A stretch of 64,000 bases of DNA from Marsupella aquatica (taxonomy: Eukaryota > Plantae > Marchantiophyta). The stretch lies in assembly GCA_973895155.1 (NCBI GenBank), contig OZ316896.1, positions 2,852,001 through 2,916,000 of the forward strand, read 5' to 3'. Of this stretch, positions 63,385 to 64,000 are shown piece by piece. Each line of letters opens with the position of its first letter. Position 1 is the first letter of the stretch. Made by a program: the position numbers and the translations under genes. The notes beneath the pieces were generated by a model. That model searched no databases. It had not been told where the DNA came from and worked only from the letters and a program-made list of their open reading frames with translations.

Positions 63385-64000
63385 TCATTCTCTACCAAAA
63401 GGCACCATGTTACAATTTTCTTTAAGCCACTGGTTCCTTGGCGTGGCAACACTAATCATCTTGCTGTGATTTATCATCACGTGCTCAGGTGACCAATCGA
63501 ACTGCCTGTCTGAACTAGAGCCTGATCTAAGAGACATCTCTTCGAGCTCACAATTCTCATCTATTCTGGAGAAACACGTACAATTACCGTTAACATCACT
63601 CCTTGGAATAACCATGGAGTCCATACACATCCCATTGTAGTCTAGGCATTGATTGTTATCGTACTGAAGCTGCCTGGCAGCTTGTGGGTGGATGGTTTCT
63701 AATGGCGTCCTTGTGGTTTGAGGAGGATGAACTTTTTGTTGGATGTCTTCACAATATAGTTGTGAGTCTTGTCCGTCTTTACGATCTTGCAATGCTTGAA
63801 GTTGTTGACTTGCATGGACAATATTTTGGTGAAGGTTTTCTTGAATTTTCTCAAGTGTGGCAGAGAATAGTTCGTTGCTCATATAATGCTCGTCGTCAAT
63901 GAGAGGGAATTCTTCCAAACCTCTCAATTGATTCAATTGCTCTTTCGTCATTATGTTTGTGTCCGAATGCTGATTTGCAAGGGCATTTCCAGAATCCCAC
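63385..64000 (-). CDS. Possible coding segment of an unidentified gene or transposon-associated protein running off the window
   Basis: 188-codon open frame with protein-like, partly coiled-coil composition (LEKIQENLHQNIVHASQQLQALQDRK); further short protein-like frames at 62163-62770; no recognisable domain. Confidence 0.4.
   Translation of the reverse strand, partial: WDSGNALANQHSDTNIMTKEQLNQLRGLEEFPLIDDEHYMSNELFSATLEKIQENLHQNIVHASQQLQALQDRKDGQDSQLYCEDIQQKVHPPQTTRTPLETIHPQAARQLQYDNNQCLDYNGMCMDSMVIPRSDVNGNCTCFSRIDENCELEEMSLRSGSSSDRQFDWSPEHVMINHSKMISVATPRNQWLKENCNMVPFGRE

Overview
Eukaryotic nuclear DNA from a land plant, most likely a bryophyte (inferred from an intact LHCSR gene and GT-AG spliced genes); no prokaryotic operons or CRISPR arrays. 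Five recognisable genes were reconstructed by hand: an intronless calmodulin-like EF-hand gene (-), a 12-exon CCT4/TCP-1-delta chaperonin (-), an HMGB with 7 coding exons (+), a 2-exon RZ-1-type RRM/zinc-knuckle glycine-rich RNA-binding gene (-) and a 3-exon LHCSR (+). There is also an unrecognised 127-aa intronless ORF with a SUMO-interacting-like motif, a decayed copy of the CCT4 5' end, and a possible partial gene at the right edge. Intergenic DNA holds transposon debris: a Copia LTR+PBS+gag stub, a solo LTR, several LINE 3' ends, a tRNA-headed SINE sharing its 3' terminus with one of those LINE ends, hAT-type and Tourist-type MITEs with TSDs, a decayed PIF/Harbinger transposase and a long hairpin. 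Short tandem duplications and minisatellites are dense throughout. I cannot support a wholly new molecular system from sequence alone; the best leads are the SINE/LINE pair, the orphan ORF with a duplicated upstream region, and the CCT4 5' duplicate that brackets HMGB.
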